Source: a virus. From it: a stretch of DNA of 64,000 nucleotides. The notes under the pieces were generated by a model. It was not told where the DNA came from and did not search any database. It saw nothing but the letters and a program-made list of their open reading frames with translations. The position numbers and the translations under genes were made by a program. Below are positions 8,239 to 18,356 of the stretch, piece by piece; position 1 is the first letter of the stretch, and the number at the start of each line of letters is the position of its first letter. Location of the stretch: IMG/VR virus record IMGVR_UViG_3300012352_000355, positions 1 to 64,000 of that record; one strand, 5' to 3'.

Positions 8239-9145
8239 ATTAGTTTTTGTTTATACTGATTGGTATTATACCATTAGGTATAAAAGTAATTCAATTGTAA
8301 TACAAGGCTTGTTGATCTATCTTGTATTTTAACACATTCATTTCCCCATAGTGTCTGATGAGGTAATGGAGAATTATTACTTGCTAAGATTAGCATCGTC
8401 CATTTTTTTTATCTAGCACCCTTATCTTTTATTTACATTAGCTACTGCAAATAAAGATTAGGTTACAATTGAATTTCTAATCGTCTCGTAGACTTAGTAA
8501 CCCTAACGCACATATTTACTGTGGTTGACGATTGCTAAGTCCCAGGAAACACTCCACTCTGCATTCAGTTGTAATCCGTATAGCATAACATCTATCTTGC
8601 ATCCTACAGGAACACTGCTTTACGGATTAAGGGATAGATTGAGTACTTGCTAATACTAATTAAGAATTACAACTGCTATCCCTTGTGAAGATAGAATGAT
8701 GCATTAAAGCAGCCAAGCCAAAAGTTCGCTTAACATTTGAAAGGACATCTCTATAACCAACGATAGAGATGTAATAAGAAGAATAGTATATAAGGATATA
8801 TACCACAAGAGAGTAATAGGGTTTTATTATTTTTAACCGTAATATAGCGTCAATATAACATATTGTGCATATCACAGCATAAAGCATTTTAAAATAGCCT
8901 ATTTTGTCTAGTAAGTTAGACACTTGGGGGATGTGGTCCCCTCTTTTCATACCTACATTTACACCTCAATTGTCATAAAAAAGTTAAACAAAATGACAAT
9001 TGTCTCCGATTTTCCCGGGTTTAGACAAACAAAAGTTAAACAAAACATGTTTTGACCTATTTTGATGACATTTCCCTGACAATTAATGAGAAGGTTTGAC
9101 ATTAAATATAACTCTTTACCCCCCCCCCCGAAGGGAGAAGTGTGG

Positions 9146-9469
9146 TTAGTCCCACACTTCTGCATCCGCCATTTTAAGGCGGAGTTGAGGAGTACAGCAC
9201 ACAAGTGCCTTGTGCCCTGTCTCTTTGAAGATTACCTCAAGGATTACAGAGTTTCCAGGAGCAGCCTTAAACTGTTGGTCTTCCCATTGAGCATTCAAAT
9301 TCTTACTCAACCAAACAAACACTTTCTGCTCTTTGCCATCAGCATCTTTCTCACCAGTGAGAATGTTAAAACCAGGAGCCTTTGTTTCACCGTTTGAGCG
9401 GAAGATTGGGGTCATTTCCAAACCAATTTCATTAATTGATTTACCGTCGAAGTCTAAATTCGTTTTCAT
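9146..9469 (-). CDS. hypothetical protein, first gene of the minus arm
   Basis: 107-aa ORF with A-rich leader. Confidence 0.65.
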   Translation of the reverse strand: MKTNLDFDGKSINEIGLEMTPIFRSNGETKAPGFNILTGEKDADGKEQKVFVWLSKNLNAQWEDQQFKAAPGNSVILEVIFKETGHKALVCCTPQLRLKMADAEVWD

Positions 9470-9489
9470 ATCTTTTTATATTAGGAAGC

Positions 9490-9635
9490 GGGGGCACCCC
9501 CCTCGCCAATTTTGGGATGGGGTATGTTAAATTGGTGTCCCCCAACCTCTCATACACCTGAAATGGTAGGGGGGTCTAAAAAATTTTGGGAAAAACTCCT
9601 GGGAAAAAAATTGACTGGGTTAAAAATTTGGGGGA
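9490..9635. other. G/C-tract divergence region (candidate terminus, packaging or origin site)
   Basis: GGGGGCACCCCC near-palindrome plus spaced GGG/A-tract units at the switch of coding strand. Confidence 0.4.
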
Positions 9636-9665
9636 AATTTTTGTTTTAGACTTATCTTCGTAAGT

Positions 9666-10247
9666 ATGAAAAAACTAATCTTTATTTTATCTTTATTCCT
9701 CTTCCTAGAAACCCACGCTCAAACTCTTCGAGACTCCGTATTCGTTAAAACTTCGATATACTCTTGTGTCTACTCAGAGATCTTACAACAACCTAAGAGA
9801 GTTTGGTACACTGTTCAGTGTCCTAGTGGAAGTTATCCTAGAAAAGGAATGGACTTCTACACTAACGACTCTATTAAGACGAGTGATGGGAAGGACTATG
9901 AGGCTAATGTATGGGATAAGGGACATTGTGCTCCAGCAGCTGACTTTAATTGCGACAGAGAGCGTCTATGGGCTACCTTTTCGTATTTAAATTGTGTCCT
10001 TCAACACGAAAGATTGAATAGAGGTGCTTGGAGACTCTTAGAAGTCAGAGAACGGGAGCTTTCTAAGTCTCAGAGTGTCGAGGTAGAGATTAAAATGGTC
10101 TACTCTAAAACAAGTCTAAGGCTACCAACAGGAGCTACTATTCCTGATGGCTTTTTAAAGACGATTAAATACGGTAAAGTAAAAGAAGTCTACTACTTTA
10201 AGAACGAAGATCCAGGTACTACAGATTATTTAAGATTTAGAAAGTAA
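9666..10247 (+). CDS. secreted DNA/RNA non-specific endonuclease (NucA-like)
   Basis: WDKGHCAPAAD and NCVLQHERLNRGAWRLLE motifs; signal peptide ..THA|Q. Confidence 0.9.
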   Translation: MKKLIFILSLFLFLETHAQTLRDSVFVKTSIYSCVYSEILQQPKRVWYTVQCPSGSYPRKGMDFYTNDSIKTSDGKDYEANVWDKGHCAPAADFNCDRERLWATFSYLNCVLQHERLNRGAWRLLEVRERELSKSQSVEVEIKMVYSKTSLRLPTGATIPDGFLKTIKYGKVKEVYYFKNEDPGTTDYLRFRK

Positions 10248-10256
10248 GATAAGATA

Positions 10257-10733
10257 ATGTATATAGATAACTTAAAAGAACACAGCTTAATTCAGGGACT
10301 CCTTAAAAGACTTCCTAGAGTAGACCCTTATGTAACCCTTGCGATAAACGTCTCTCCCGACTACTCCTCTAATGTGACCATGCAAATAGCCCACCATCTC
10401 TCAGAGGGAGGAAAGATGTTAGACTTATTTCATTTAGATGTTCCTTACCCTGGAGAAAAGAGAGATGTTTACGAGTACGAGTTTAAGCGGAATAGTGTTT
10501 TGATCCCTTACAAGTACGATAAAATAATTTTAGTAGAAGCAGCAGTCCTCTCAGGTAATAATTATACTTGGATCAAAGAAAGACTCTTAGACATGGGTTA
10601 TGAGAACGATGATATCATTACAGTAGCTCTTCTAGAAATGGAATCTAGTAAGTTTAAATGTGACTTTGTCGGAGAGTATATAAGTGATATGCCAGAGTTC
10701 TACTGGGAGAGATATAATAAACATTGGGATTAA
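10257..10733 (+). CDS. phosphoribosyltransferase-like protein
   Basis: KIILVEAAVLSGNN resembles the PRPP-binding loop, with EA replacing DD. Confidence 0.55.
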   Translation: MYIDNLKEHSLIQGLLKRLPRVDPYVTLAINVSPDYSSNVTMQIAHHLSEGGKMLDLFHLDVPYPGEKRDVYEYEFKRNSVLIPYKYDKIILVEAAVLSGNNYTWIKERLLDMGYENDDIITVALLEMESSKFKCDFVGEYISDMPEFYWERYNKHWD

Positions 10734-10755
10734 TCTTACTTTAGCTCTACTTTAC

Positions 10756-10785
10756 TTGACTTATTTTTTATAAACTCTATTTTTG
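10756..10785 (+). promoter_or_regulatory. Bacteroidota-type promoter
   Basis: TTGAC-N17-TATTTTTG. Confidence 0.65.
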
Positions 10786-10941
10786 TAATTAGGGAAAGGT
10801 CTGTGTTGTTTGGAGTTACGATTTCTTTTGTGACTAGTTTCTTTAGCCATTTTTTATGGAGGGTTGCTAGGTAGGGATTAGATCTTTCTCCTTTCATGTT
10901 GCCCTACCTACACCCTCTTTTTTTATTTCCTTTTTATTCTT

Positions 10942-11316
10942 ATGAGAAACAACTTCTTTCAGACCACAGGATATTCTACAGCACTTGTAGAGGTTATCAT
11001 TAAGGGGTTCTCAGAGAAGACTTATGTTTGTCCTCATGATTGGCAACAGCTATATCATAATAAGGAAAGGATAAACATCAAAATCCGAAAAGAAGGCCAT
11101 AGATGGTTTGTTCTTCTTAGAGGTGGAGATAACTATGGAGGAGAGTTTGAGACCCAAGTAATCGAGGATAACTCGGTAACTTGCTCCAAACCCAGATTTG
11201 AGGGACCCTATCAGAAACTAGGATTCTTAAAGTACGAAGGACAGTCAGCTAAAGGAACCTTCTTAGAAGACGGTTATATCTTAAACGAAGAAGGTCAATA
11301 CATAGTATACGAATAA
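10942..11316 (+). CDS. hypothetical protein
   Basis: 124-aa ORF. Confidence 0.65.
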   Translation: MRNNFFQTTGYSTALVEVIIKGFSEKTYVCPHDWQQLYHNKERINIKIRKEGHRWFVLLRGGDNYGGEFETQVIEDNSVTCSKPRFEGPYQKLGFLKYEGQSAKGTFLEDGYILNEEGQYIVYE

Positions 11317-11332
11317 ACAGTTAAAATTAATT

Positions 11333-11941
11333 ATGAATTATAAAGTTTCCCAACTACAACCCCTAACAGGACCTGAGATTGCGGGAGAAGACCTCTTATT
11401 ATTAATAGATGTCAATCCTGCTACTGGAAACGTGCGTTCTAGGAAAGTTAAAGTAGAGGATTTGGTAGACTTTCGTCTTCTTAATTCTAGTTTAACAAAT
11501 TTTGTGCTTTTATCAGGAGCATATGCTGATCCTTCCTTTATTACTTCGTTAGATTGGGCTAAAATAATAAACACTCCCGACACTTTAGATGGTTACGGTA
11601 TCACAGACGCCTACACTAAGACTGAAGTAGACGACCTTATCGACACTGTATCAGGTAACGAAGTAGTCTCTATGTCTATTACAGGAGCTGAAACCAAGAC
11701 ATTAAATCTTCACCAAGCCGATGGAGATACTGTAAGTGTTTCATATACAGACACTTACACTTTTACTCAACCTACTCCTTCAGCTACTTGGGTAGTAACT
11801 CACAACATGAACAAATTTCCTTCAGTAACTATTGTTGATTCAGCAGGAAATATCGTGGAAGGAGAGACAGTTTATAACACGTTAAATACTTGTACTTTAA
11901 CTTTCCAGGGATCGTTCAGTGGTAAAGCTTACTTTAACTAA
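11333..11941 (+). CDS. tail-fibre-associated structural protein
   Basis: PDTLDGYGITDAYTK fibre motif; C-terminal WVVTHNMNKFPSVTIVD..GKAYFN domain. Confidence 0.75.
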   Translation: MNYKVSQLQPLTGPEIAGEDLLLLIDVNPATGNVRSRKVKVEDLVDFRLLNSSLTNFVLLSGAYADPSFITSLDWAKIINTPDTLDGYGITDAYTKTEVDDLIDTVSGNEVVSMSITGAETKTLNLHQADGDTVSVSYTDTYTFTQPTPSATWVVTHNMNKFPSVTIVDSAGNIVEGETVYNTLNTCTLTFQGSFSGKAYFN

Positions 11942-11972
11942 AACAAAACAAAATAAATTAAACTAAATAGCT

Positions 11973-13406
11973 ATGGCAAAAAAATTCTTAACAGCGATAG
12001 ACCTCAACAAATGCGAACTGCAAAATGCGGTCATCCAAAACTTAGGTACTGCACCTGGATCTCCCAATGCAGGTCAAATTTACTTCAACTCTACCACTGG
12101 AGACAAATCTATCTACTTCTATGATGGAACTGCGTGGGTAGACGTAGGAGGTGATTTAAGGTCAATTGTTGCAGGGAATGCTATCTCGGTATCTGGAACA
12201 AGAGATATTACCATAAACGTCCTCTATGACGATTCTTCTATTGGTAAAAACGGTTCTAACCAACTCTACATTAAAGCAGGTGGTGTAACTAACGCAATGT
12301 TGGTTAACTCTTCTGTTTCTGTTGTTGCTGGTGCAGGTCTTACTGATGGAGGTTCTGTTGCTCTTGGAAGTTCCGTAACTCTTAACATTGGAGCAGGTAC
12401 AGGTATTACTGTAAATGCTGACAGCGTTCAGTTGGACACCGCTTCTACTCGTAACACTGATCACTCTGCAGTTACCTTGACAGCAGGTGCAGGTTTGACT
12501 GGAGGTGGAGACATTACAGCCTCTCGTACTTTTGCAGTAGGTGCAGGAACAGGTATCACAGTTAACGCAGATGACATTGCGATTACTGGTGCTAGTTCAT
12601 TGACTAACAACTACTTAACTAAGTGGAACGGAACTGGATTCGCTAATTCTACTATTACAGATGACGGAACTACTGTAACTATTGGAGGTAACTTAACAGT
12701 TAACGGTAATATTACTTACGTTAACTCTAACACAGTTGAAATCGGTGACTCTATCATCCTTTTAAACAGAGACGAAGCTGGTACTCCTTCACAGAACGGT
12801 GGTATTGAGATCGAAAGAGGAACAGCAACTAATGTTTCTTTCATCTGGAACGAAACTAATGACTACTGGTCTACCGTAACTGAACCTTTCCATATTGGTT
12901 CTATTGCTGACGCTACCTCTGCTTACACAGGTAACAAATACTTGGTAAGTGACGGAGGTGTAGTTAAATATTTGAGTGCTGCTGACTTGGCAGGTGATGT
13001 AGTAACAGGTATTACAGTTACAGGTTCTAACGGAGTTTCTGTTTCTGGTTCTGGAACTACCACTATTGCTATTTCTGGTACAAACGCTACCACAAGTGCA
13101 GTCGGAGTTGTTGAATTGGCTACTACAGCTGAAGCTTTGGCTATGGCAAGTTCTACTTTGGTAGTTACTCCTGCAGGTTTGGCCGCTTTGCGTTATGCAG
13201 TAACTGGTCCAGCTGCACCTGCTACTAGTCTTGTAGTGACTCATAACTTGGCTTCTAACGATGTTATGGTACGAGTTTACGAAGTAGCTACAGGAGCAGA
13301 CGTAGAGTGCGATGTAATCCGTACATCAACTAACGTAGTTACTCTAGGATTCTGTACTCCTCAAGCCACAAATAGCTTGAGAGTATTGGTAATCAAGATT
13401 GCTTAA
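11973..13406 (+). CDS. tail fibre/spike protein
   Basis: AGAGLTGGG repeats, GQIYFN..YDGTAW, ATTSAVGVVELAT, VTHNL C-terminal domain. Confidence 0.8.
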   Translation: MAKKFLTAIDLNKCELQNAVIQNLGTAPGSPNAGQIYFNSTTGDKSIYFYDGTAWVDVGGDLRSIVAGNAISVSGTRDITINVLYDDSSIGKNGSNQLYIKAGGVTNAMLVNSSVSVVAGAGLTDGGSVALGSSVTLNIGAGTGITVNADSVQLDTASTRNTDHSAVTLTAGAGLTGGGDITASRTFAVGAGTGITVNADDIAITGASSLTNNYLTKWNGTGFANSTITDDGTTVTIGGNLTVNGNITYVNSNTVEIGDSIILLNRDEAGTPSQNGGIEIERGTATNVSFIWNETNDYWSTVTEPFHIGSIADATSAYTGNKYLVSDGGVVKYLSAADLAGDVVTGITVTGSNGVSVSGSGTTTIAISGTNATTSAVGVVELATTAEALAMASSTLVVTPAGLAALRYAVTGPAAPATSLVVTHNLASNDVMVRVYEVATGADVECDVIRTSTNVVTLGFCTPQATNSLRVLVIKIA

Positions 13407-13428
13407 TTTAATTAATATCTTATCTTTG
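13399..13428 (+). promoter_or_regulatory. Bacteroidota-type promoter overlapping a terminator
   Basis: TTG-N19-TATCTTTG followed by GCTAGGGG..CCCCTAGC-T6 hairpin (13428-13457). Confidence 0.55.
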
Positions 13429-13474
13429 CTAGGGGCCTAAAAACCCCTAGCTTTTTTCGATTCTAAACAAACAC

Positions 13475-16400
13475 ATGAAGTCACTCAGCAGCAAAACCTA
13501 CCAATGTGGAGTAACCATAGAAGGTTTAACTACTCTTGCAGGAATTACTTATCTTACAGGAATAACCAATACAACTAGTTGGGACCACGTCATTGTAGGC
13601 ACAACAGCCCAAGGACAGATTTACACTAGAACTTACGCTCAGTTTATGACTGACGTAGCTACAGGAATAGGTTTGAGTGGCTATGTTCCTACTTCTAGAA
13701 CTCTGTCTATTAACGGAGTTACTTACGATCTTACAGCTAATAGAAGCTGGACAATCACTACTCCTTACGTTTCTAAGTTACAGCACAGTGTTAAGGCTGG
13801 TGTAGCGATTAATAAAGGTCAAGCGGTTTACGTAACAGGTGCAGATGGAACTAACATGGTTGTTGGTTTGGCTTCAAATGCTTCTGAGGCCACATCTTCT
13901 AAGACTATGGGTCTTTTGGATGCTACAGTTACTACAAATGGTTTTGCTAACGTAGTTACAGAAGGTCTTTTAGCAGGATTAGATACCTCAACAGCAGGTA
14001 CAGAAGGTGATCCTGTGTGGTTGGGAACAGGTGGTAATTTGATTTACGGCCTAATTAACAAACCTTACGCTCCTGCTCACTTAGTTTTTATAGGTATTGT
14101 AACCCGTAAGAACAATAGTAATGGAGAAATCTTTGTAAAGGTTCAGAATGGATTCGAACTTAATGAGATTCATGACGTAGATTTAAAGACAAATCTTCCC
14201 GTAAATGGAGAACTTTTAGGTTTTAACGGAACCCTTTGGGTAAATAAAACAATTGCAGGTTGGCTAGGATACACTCCTGCTAACGCAAGTGGTACTACTA
14301 ACTATCTTTCTAAGTTCACAGGATCTACTACTTTAGGTAACTCTTTAGTCTATGACAACGGAACTAACATAGGTATTGGTACTACAAGTCCAAGTCAAAA
14401 ACTAGATGTATCTAGCAATGGTGGAAGACTTCGGATTAGTCAAAATATCAATGCTTCAACATTTAATGGTTTAGAGTTTGCAGATTACACCGGGGTAGTA
14501 GACGGAGGTCTTATATGGAACCAAAACACAGGTGAAATAAGATTAAACGCTGCATCTTCCTACTTTCCTACATTTTATTCTAGTGGAGTAGAGGCAATGC
14601 GTATTGCTACTGGAGGTCAAGTCATTGTCGGAGGAACTACTGTTGGTTACGCTGGAACAAAACTTCAAGTTGGTAATACTAGTGATTCACAGAACGGATT
14701 AAACATTCTCACCTCTACTACAGGATACGGATACATTCTATTTGGAGATGGAGCAGGTGCTGATACATACGTTGGTCAGATATGGTATTACCACGGTGAT
14801 AATTATATGGGCTTCCAGACCAACGGAAGTGAAAAACTTCGCATCACCTCAACAGGTAACGTAGGTATAGGTACAACAACTCCAAGTTATAAACTAGAAG
14901 TAAATGGTGGACCAATTAATATAATTAACGGTTATTCTGATCCTACTGCAGAAGCTGGGTATAGATTAAAGTTTGCAGATAACGGAGGAATAAATAATGA
15001 TTCTGGTATAGGACTTAGTGGGTCTCTTGGAAGCGAAAGTTTATGGATTAATAAAGGTTCTGCTAATGGTAACATAAGATTTATGTTTGGAACCTTAGGA
15101 GAAAAAGTTACTTTTACTTCGGCAGGGAATGTGGGTATTGGTACAACTAATCCTCTTTTTACATTAGATGTTAATGGAAGTACAAAACTACGTACTGCTA
15201 CCTACTTTGGGCAAATAAGTCAACCTAGTGCTCCTACACTTGGTACAAACTCAACTACAGGAGGTACATTACCTGCAGACACTTATACTTATAGAATTAG
15301 TGCTTTAGATTTTTGGAATGCAGAAACTACTCCTTCTAACAGTCTTGTAGTAACTACTACGGGTTCTACTAGTAGTGTTAGCATGTCTTGGCCTTTAGTA
15401 CAAGGTGCTTACAACTATCGTATCTACAGAACTAACTCTGGAGGTACGACTGTTTATTTTACTAATGGTGGAACAAATGCTACTTCTTTTACAGATACTG
15501 GAGCAGCAGGCACAGTAGGAGTTACAGCCTCGGTAAATAGTACAGCTTATGGATTCTTTAATACAAATGGTACTTTTCGTTCTGGTAATATCGTAATTGC
15601 AAACAACGGTGTAGGAAACACTTCTTCGATTACTTTTGATAAGAGTACTGATGGGCCATCAATTAACGTAGTAGAATATGCAAATGATTCTACTATGTAT
15701 GAGTTTGCTCTTAGGGATAACCCTGACGGAGGTTCAGATTTCTTCCATTGGGTAATGCCTGACTGGCAAAACTCTTCTAGTGGTTGGAAACCTTTGAAAT
15801 TTTCTAACTTTGTTACTCAGATTGTAGGCCAAAGTTCAAATTTCTGGAGTTCTTTCTCTCTTCCTTCTAGCACTCCTTATTACACAACAAACCCAGAATC
15901 CTTAGCAAACGCCTCAATTAAGTGGGATCCGTATACAAGTACATCTTATAACTTACCAAAAGATAATGGTACAGGTACAGGAGTATTTAACGTAGACATT
16001 ACAGGATTTACAGGAACTAATAACACTATTTACTGGGTTATTATTCAAGCAGGTGCGACTACGTTTAACTGGGGTACAGGTTGGAGTGGAAATGCTCCAG
16101 TAGGAACTGGTGTTGCTATCACAGGCGGATGGCAAACTTTGGGTGACGGAGTCCAAGTTAGAATTATAGGCTCAGTAGCTGCTAGTGATCGTTGGGCATT
16201 TAGAGCATTCCCTGTACCTAAGATGGGTATCGGAACTACTACTCCAGTTGCTCCTTTGCAAGTAAGTACAACTGTTACTCCAACTTCTGCTGTAGCTAGG
16301 GGAGTTTACTTTAACCCTACGTTAGTTGCTACTGCAAATAATGACGTATTAGTAGGACTTGATATTGCTCCTACTTTTACTAATGGAGCATTTACAGGCA

Positions 16401-18313
16401 TAACTAATTATGCCTTAAGGACTGGTGGTATTATAGTACCATCTATAAATAACACTTATAGTTTAGGTAATGCGACACTTAGATTTTCAAGTACATTTTC
16501 TACTGCAATATATACTTCTATTGTAAGAGGAAATACAGTTACTTTTGGTGATGAAGTAGGAAACAATTATGCAAGATTTTTCTTGAGTACAACAGGAAAC
16601 TTGCTCCTCCAAAACGGAGGCACATTTACTGACGCAGGATATCGCCTAGATGTAAATGGTACTGGTATCTTTAGAGACAACTTAAAACTTGCTACAGGAG
16701 TACTTTCTTTTGACGGTGTAACTTCTTACTGGGGTAACTCTATTAAATATGAAAGTGGTCAGATTAGGATTTACCAAAGTGGAGACATTCATGCAGCTTT
16801 TGGTGGAAGTGCTAATTATTTATATAAGAACACTAAAATATCCCCTAATCTTTTACTTACTGCAGGAGGTTACTCTAATACTGACGGGATTACTATTTGG
16901 GGAACACAGAATGGAGCTAATGGTGGGGATGGATTCGTAGGAAGAAACTTATACTATAACGGTACAAACTACGTGTATGCTACCACAGATTCTAGTAGTC
17001 TTTGGGGAACTGTTGCTGGGGTAAGAGTATTAGGTAGTTCCAGTAATGCTTTAGAATTTGTTGCTAGACCTGCTACGAATTCAGGGCTTAATGTAGTTGC
17101 AAGTGATATTGCGAGTTACACTCGTATGGTAATTTCCTACTCTGGAAATGTGGGAATAGGTACTACTAGTCCATCAACTAAGTTTGTTGTAAGCAATGCT
17201 GGTGCAAGTGGACTTGAAGTTGATCCTGCAGGAGGTGTAGGTAGTGGGGTATTACTACAGGCATATAATAGAAGTACGTCAGCCTACATGGCTCAATCTT
17301 ATTATGCTTTAACACATACATTTAATGTTGGTAGTGGAGCAGGAACAAGAGCATTGGATATAACAAGTGCAGGTAATGTTGGTATAGGAACTACTTCCCC
17401 GGCCTACTCTTTAGATGTTGTAGGGTATATTAGATCTTCACAAGGATACAGATTTACACCCTCATCGTTAGGACAATTTACTATATCAGGAGGGAATACT
17501 TATTTTGATTACGAAGGCAGTTTCTTTCTTAGAGCAGTTCCTGGATACAGTAACCCCCTAACAGTTACCGCTGGGGGTAACGTAGGTATCGGGACTACTT
17601 CTCCAGCAACTAAATTAGACGTAAGCGGAGTTATCACAGCTACAGGCGGTAATAGTACCAACTGGAATACTGCGTATGGCTGGGGTAATCATAGTTCTGC
17701 AGGATATGTTCCTCAAGCAAGAACACTTACTATTAACGGAACAACCTATGATCTAAGCGCAAACAGAAGTTGGACTATAGCAACAACAACTCCAGGAGGA
17801 TCTAATACCCAATTTCAATATAATAGTTCTGGAACATTGGCAGGAGCTTCTGCGCTTACCTATGATTCAGGAACTAACAGAGTAGGTATTAATCAAGCAT
17901 CCCCAGGATATGACTTAGACGTAAATGGTCAAGTAAGAGTACAAGATAAACTAAGAGTAGGTAATGTTAACTCTGGTAACGGAGTAGTACATATGTCATC
18001 TACTGCTACTATTAATCCTAGTGCTACTACTATTGTTTGGTCTCAGAATGTAAGCGTAGGTATGTGTGCGTTTATCGAATATTACATTTTAAACAACAAT
18101 ACAACTACAGACCAAAGAGCAGGTACAATTATGGTTACTTGGAATCAGTCAGGAACGCCTACAATCGCTCACACTGAAACAACTACACCTGATATAGGGT
18201 CAACTACCCCTGTGATCTTTACAAGCTCTCTAGTGGGCTCAGATGCACGAATTAATGCAGTTAACTCAAGTTCTGCTCCTTACACCATAGTAATGAGTTA
18301 TAAATATTTCTAA
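13475..18313 (+). CDS. long mosaic tail fibre with FN3-like insert
   Basis: About 8 GNVGIGTTxP repeats; FN3-like PSAPTL..TYTYRISA..SWPLVQGAYNYRIYR segment. Confidence 0.85.
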   Translation: MKSLSSKTYQCGVTIEGLTTLAGITYLTGITNTTSWDHVIVGTTAQGQIYTRTYAQFMTDVATGIGLSGYVPTSRTLSINGVTYDLTANRSWTITTPYVSKLQHSVKAGVAINKGQAVYVTGADGTNMVVGLASNASEATSSKTMGLLDATVTTNGFANVVTEGLLAGLDTSTAGTEGDPVWLGTGGNLIYGLINKPYAPAHLVFIGIVTRKNNSNGEIFVKVQNGFELNEIHDVDLKTNLPVNGELLGFNGTLWVNKTIAGWLGYTPANASGTTNYLSKFTGSTTLGNSLVYDNGTNIGIGTTSPSQKLDVSSNGGRLRISQNINASTFNGLEFADYTGVVDGGLIWNQNTGEIRLNAASSYFPTFYSSGVEAMRIATGGQVIVGGTTVGYAGTKLQVGNTSDSQNGLNILTSTTGYGYILFGDGAGADTYVGQIWYYHGDNYMGFQTNGSEKLRITSTGNVGIGTTTPSYKLEVNGGPINIINGYSDPTAEAGYRLKFADNGGINNDSGIGLSGSLGSESLWINKGSANGNIRFMFGTLGEKVTFTSAGNVGIGTTNPLFTLDVNGSTKLRTATYFGQISQPSAPTLGTNSTTGGTLPADTYTYRISALDFWNAETTPSNSLVVTTTGSTSSVSMSWPLVQGAYNYRIYRTNSGGTTVYFTNGGTNATSFTDTGAAGTVGVTASVNSTAYGFFNTNGTFRSGNIVIANNGVGNTSSITFDKSTDGPSINVVEYANDSTMYEFALRDNPDGGSDFFHWVMPDWQNSSSGWKPLKFSNFVTQIVGQSSNFWSSFSLPSSTPYYTTNPESLANASIKWDPYTSTSYNLPKDNGTGTGVFNVDITGFTGTNNTIYWVIIQAGATTFNWGTGWSGNAPVGTGVAITGGWQTLGDGVQVRIIGSVAASDRWAFRAFPVPKMGIGTTTPVAPLQVSTTVTPTSAVARGVYFNPTLVATANNDVLVGLDIAPTFTNGAFTGITNYALRTGGIIVPSINNTYSLGNATLRFSSTFSTAIYTSIVRGNTVTFGDEVGNNYARFFLSTTGNLLLQNGGTFTDAGYRLDVNGTGIFRDNLKLATGVLSFDGVTSYWGNSIKYESGQIRIYQSGDIHAAFGGSANYLYKNTKISPNLLLTAGGYSNTDGITIWGTQNGANGGDGFVGRNLYYNGTNYVYATTDSSSLWGTVAGVRVLGSSSNALEFVARPATNSGLNVVASDIASYTRMVISYSGNVGIGTTSPSTKFVVSNAGASGLEVDPAGGVGSGVLLQAYNRSTSAYMAQSYYALTHTFNVGSGAGTRALDITSAGNVGIGTTSPAYSLDVVGYIRSSQGYRFTPSSLGQFTISGGNTYFDYEGSFFLRAVPGYSNPLTVTAGGNVGIGTTSPATKLDVSGVITATGGNSTNWNTAYGWGNHSSAGYVPQARTLTINGTTYDLSANRSWTIATTTPGGSNTQFQYNSSGTLAGASALTYDSGTNRVGINQASPGYDLDVNGQVRVQDKLRVGNVNSGNGVVHMSSTATINPSATTIVWSQNVSVGMCAFIEYYILNNNTTTDQRAGTIMVTWNQSGTPTIAHTETTTPDIGSTTPVIFTSSLVGSDARINAVNSSSAPYTIVMSYKYF

Positions 18314-18356
18314 AATACAGATTATAAACATTGTTGGATAGTGAAAACAATAAAAA

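Noticed and set aside
8340-8390. Hammerhead-like CTGATGA followed by a stem
   Set aside because: No GAAA after the putative stem II and no matching stems I/III
8660-9204. ORFs 8660-8950 and 8959-9204
   Set aside because: Atypical composition, one spans a C11 run and overlaps the 9146 gene; likely spurious
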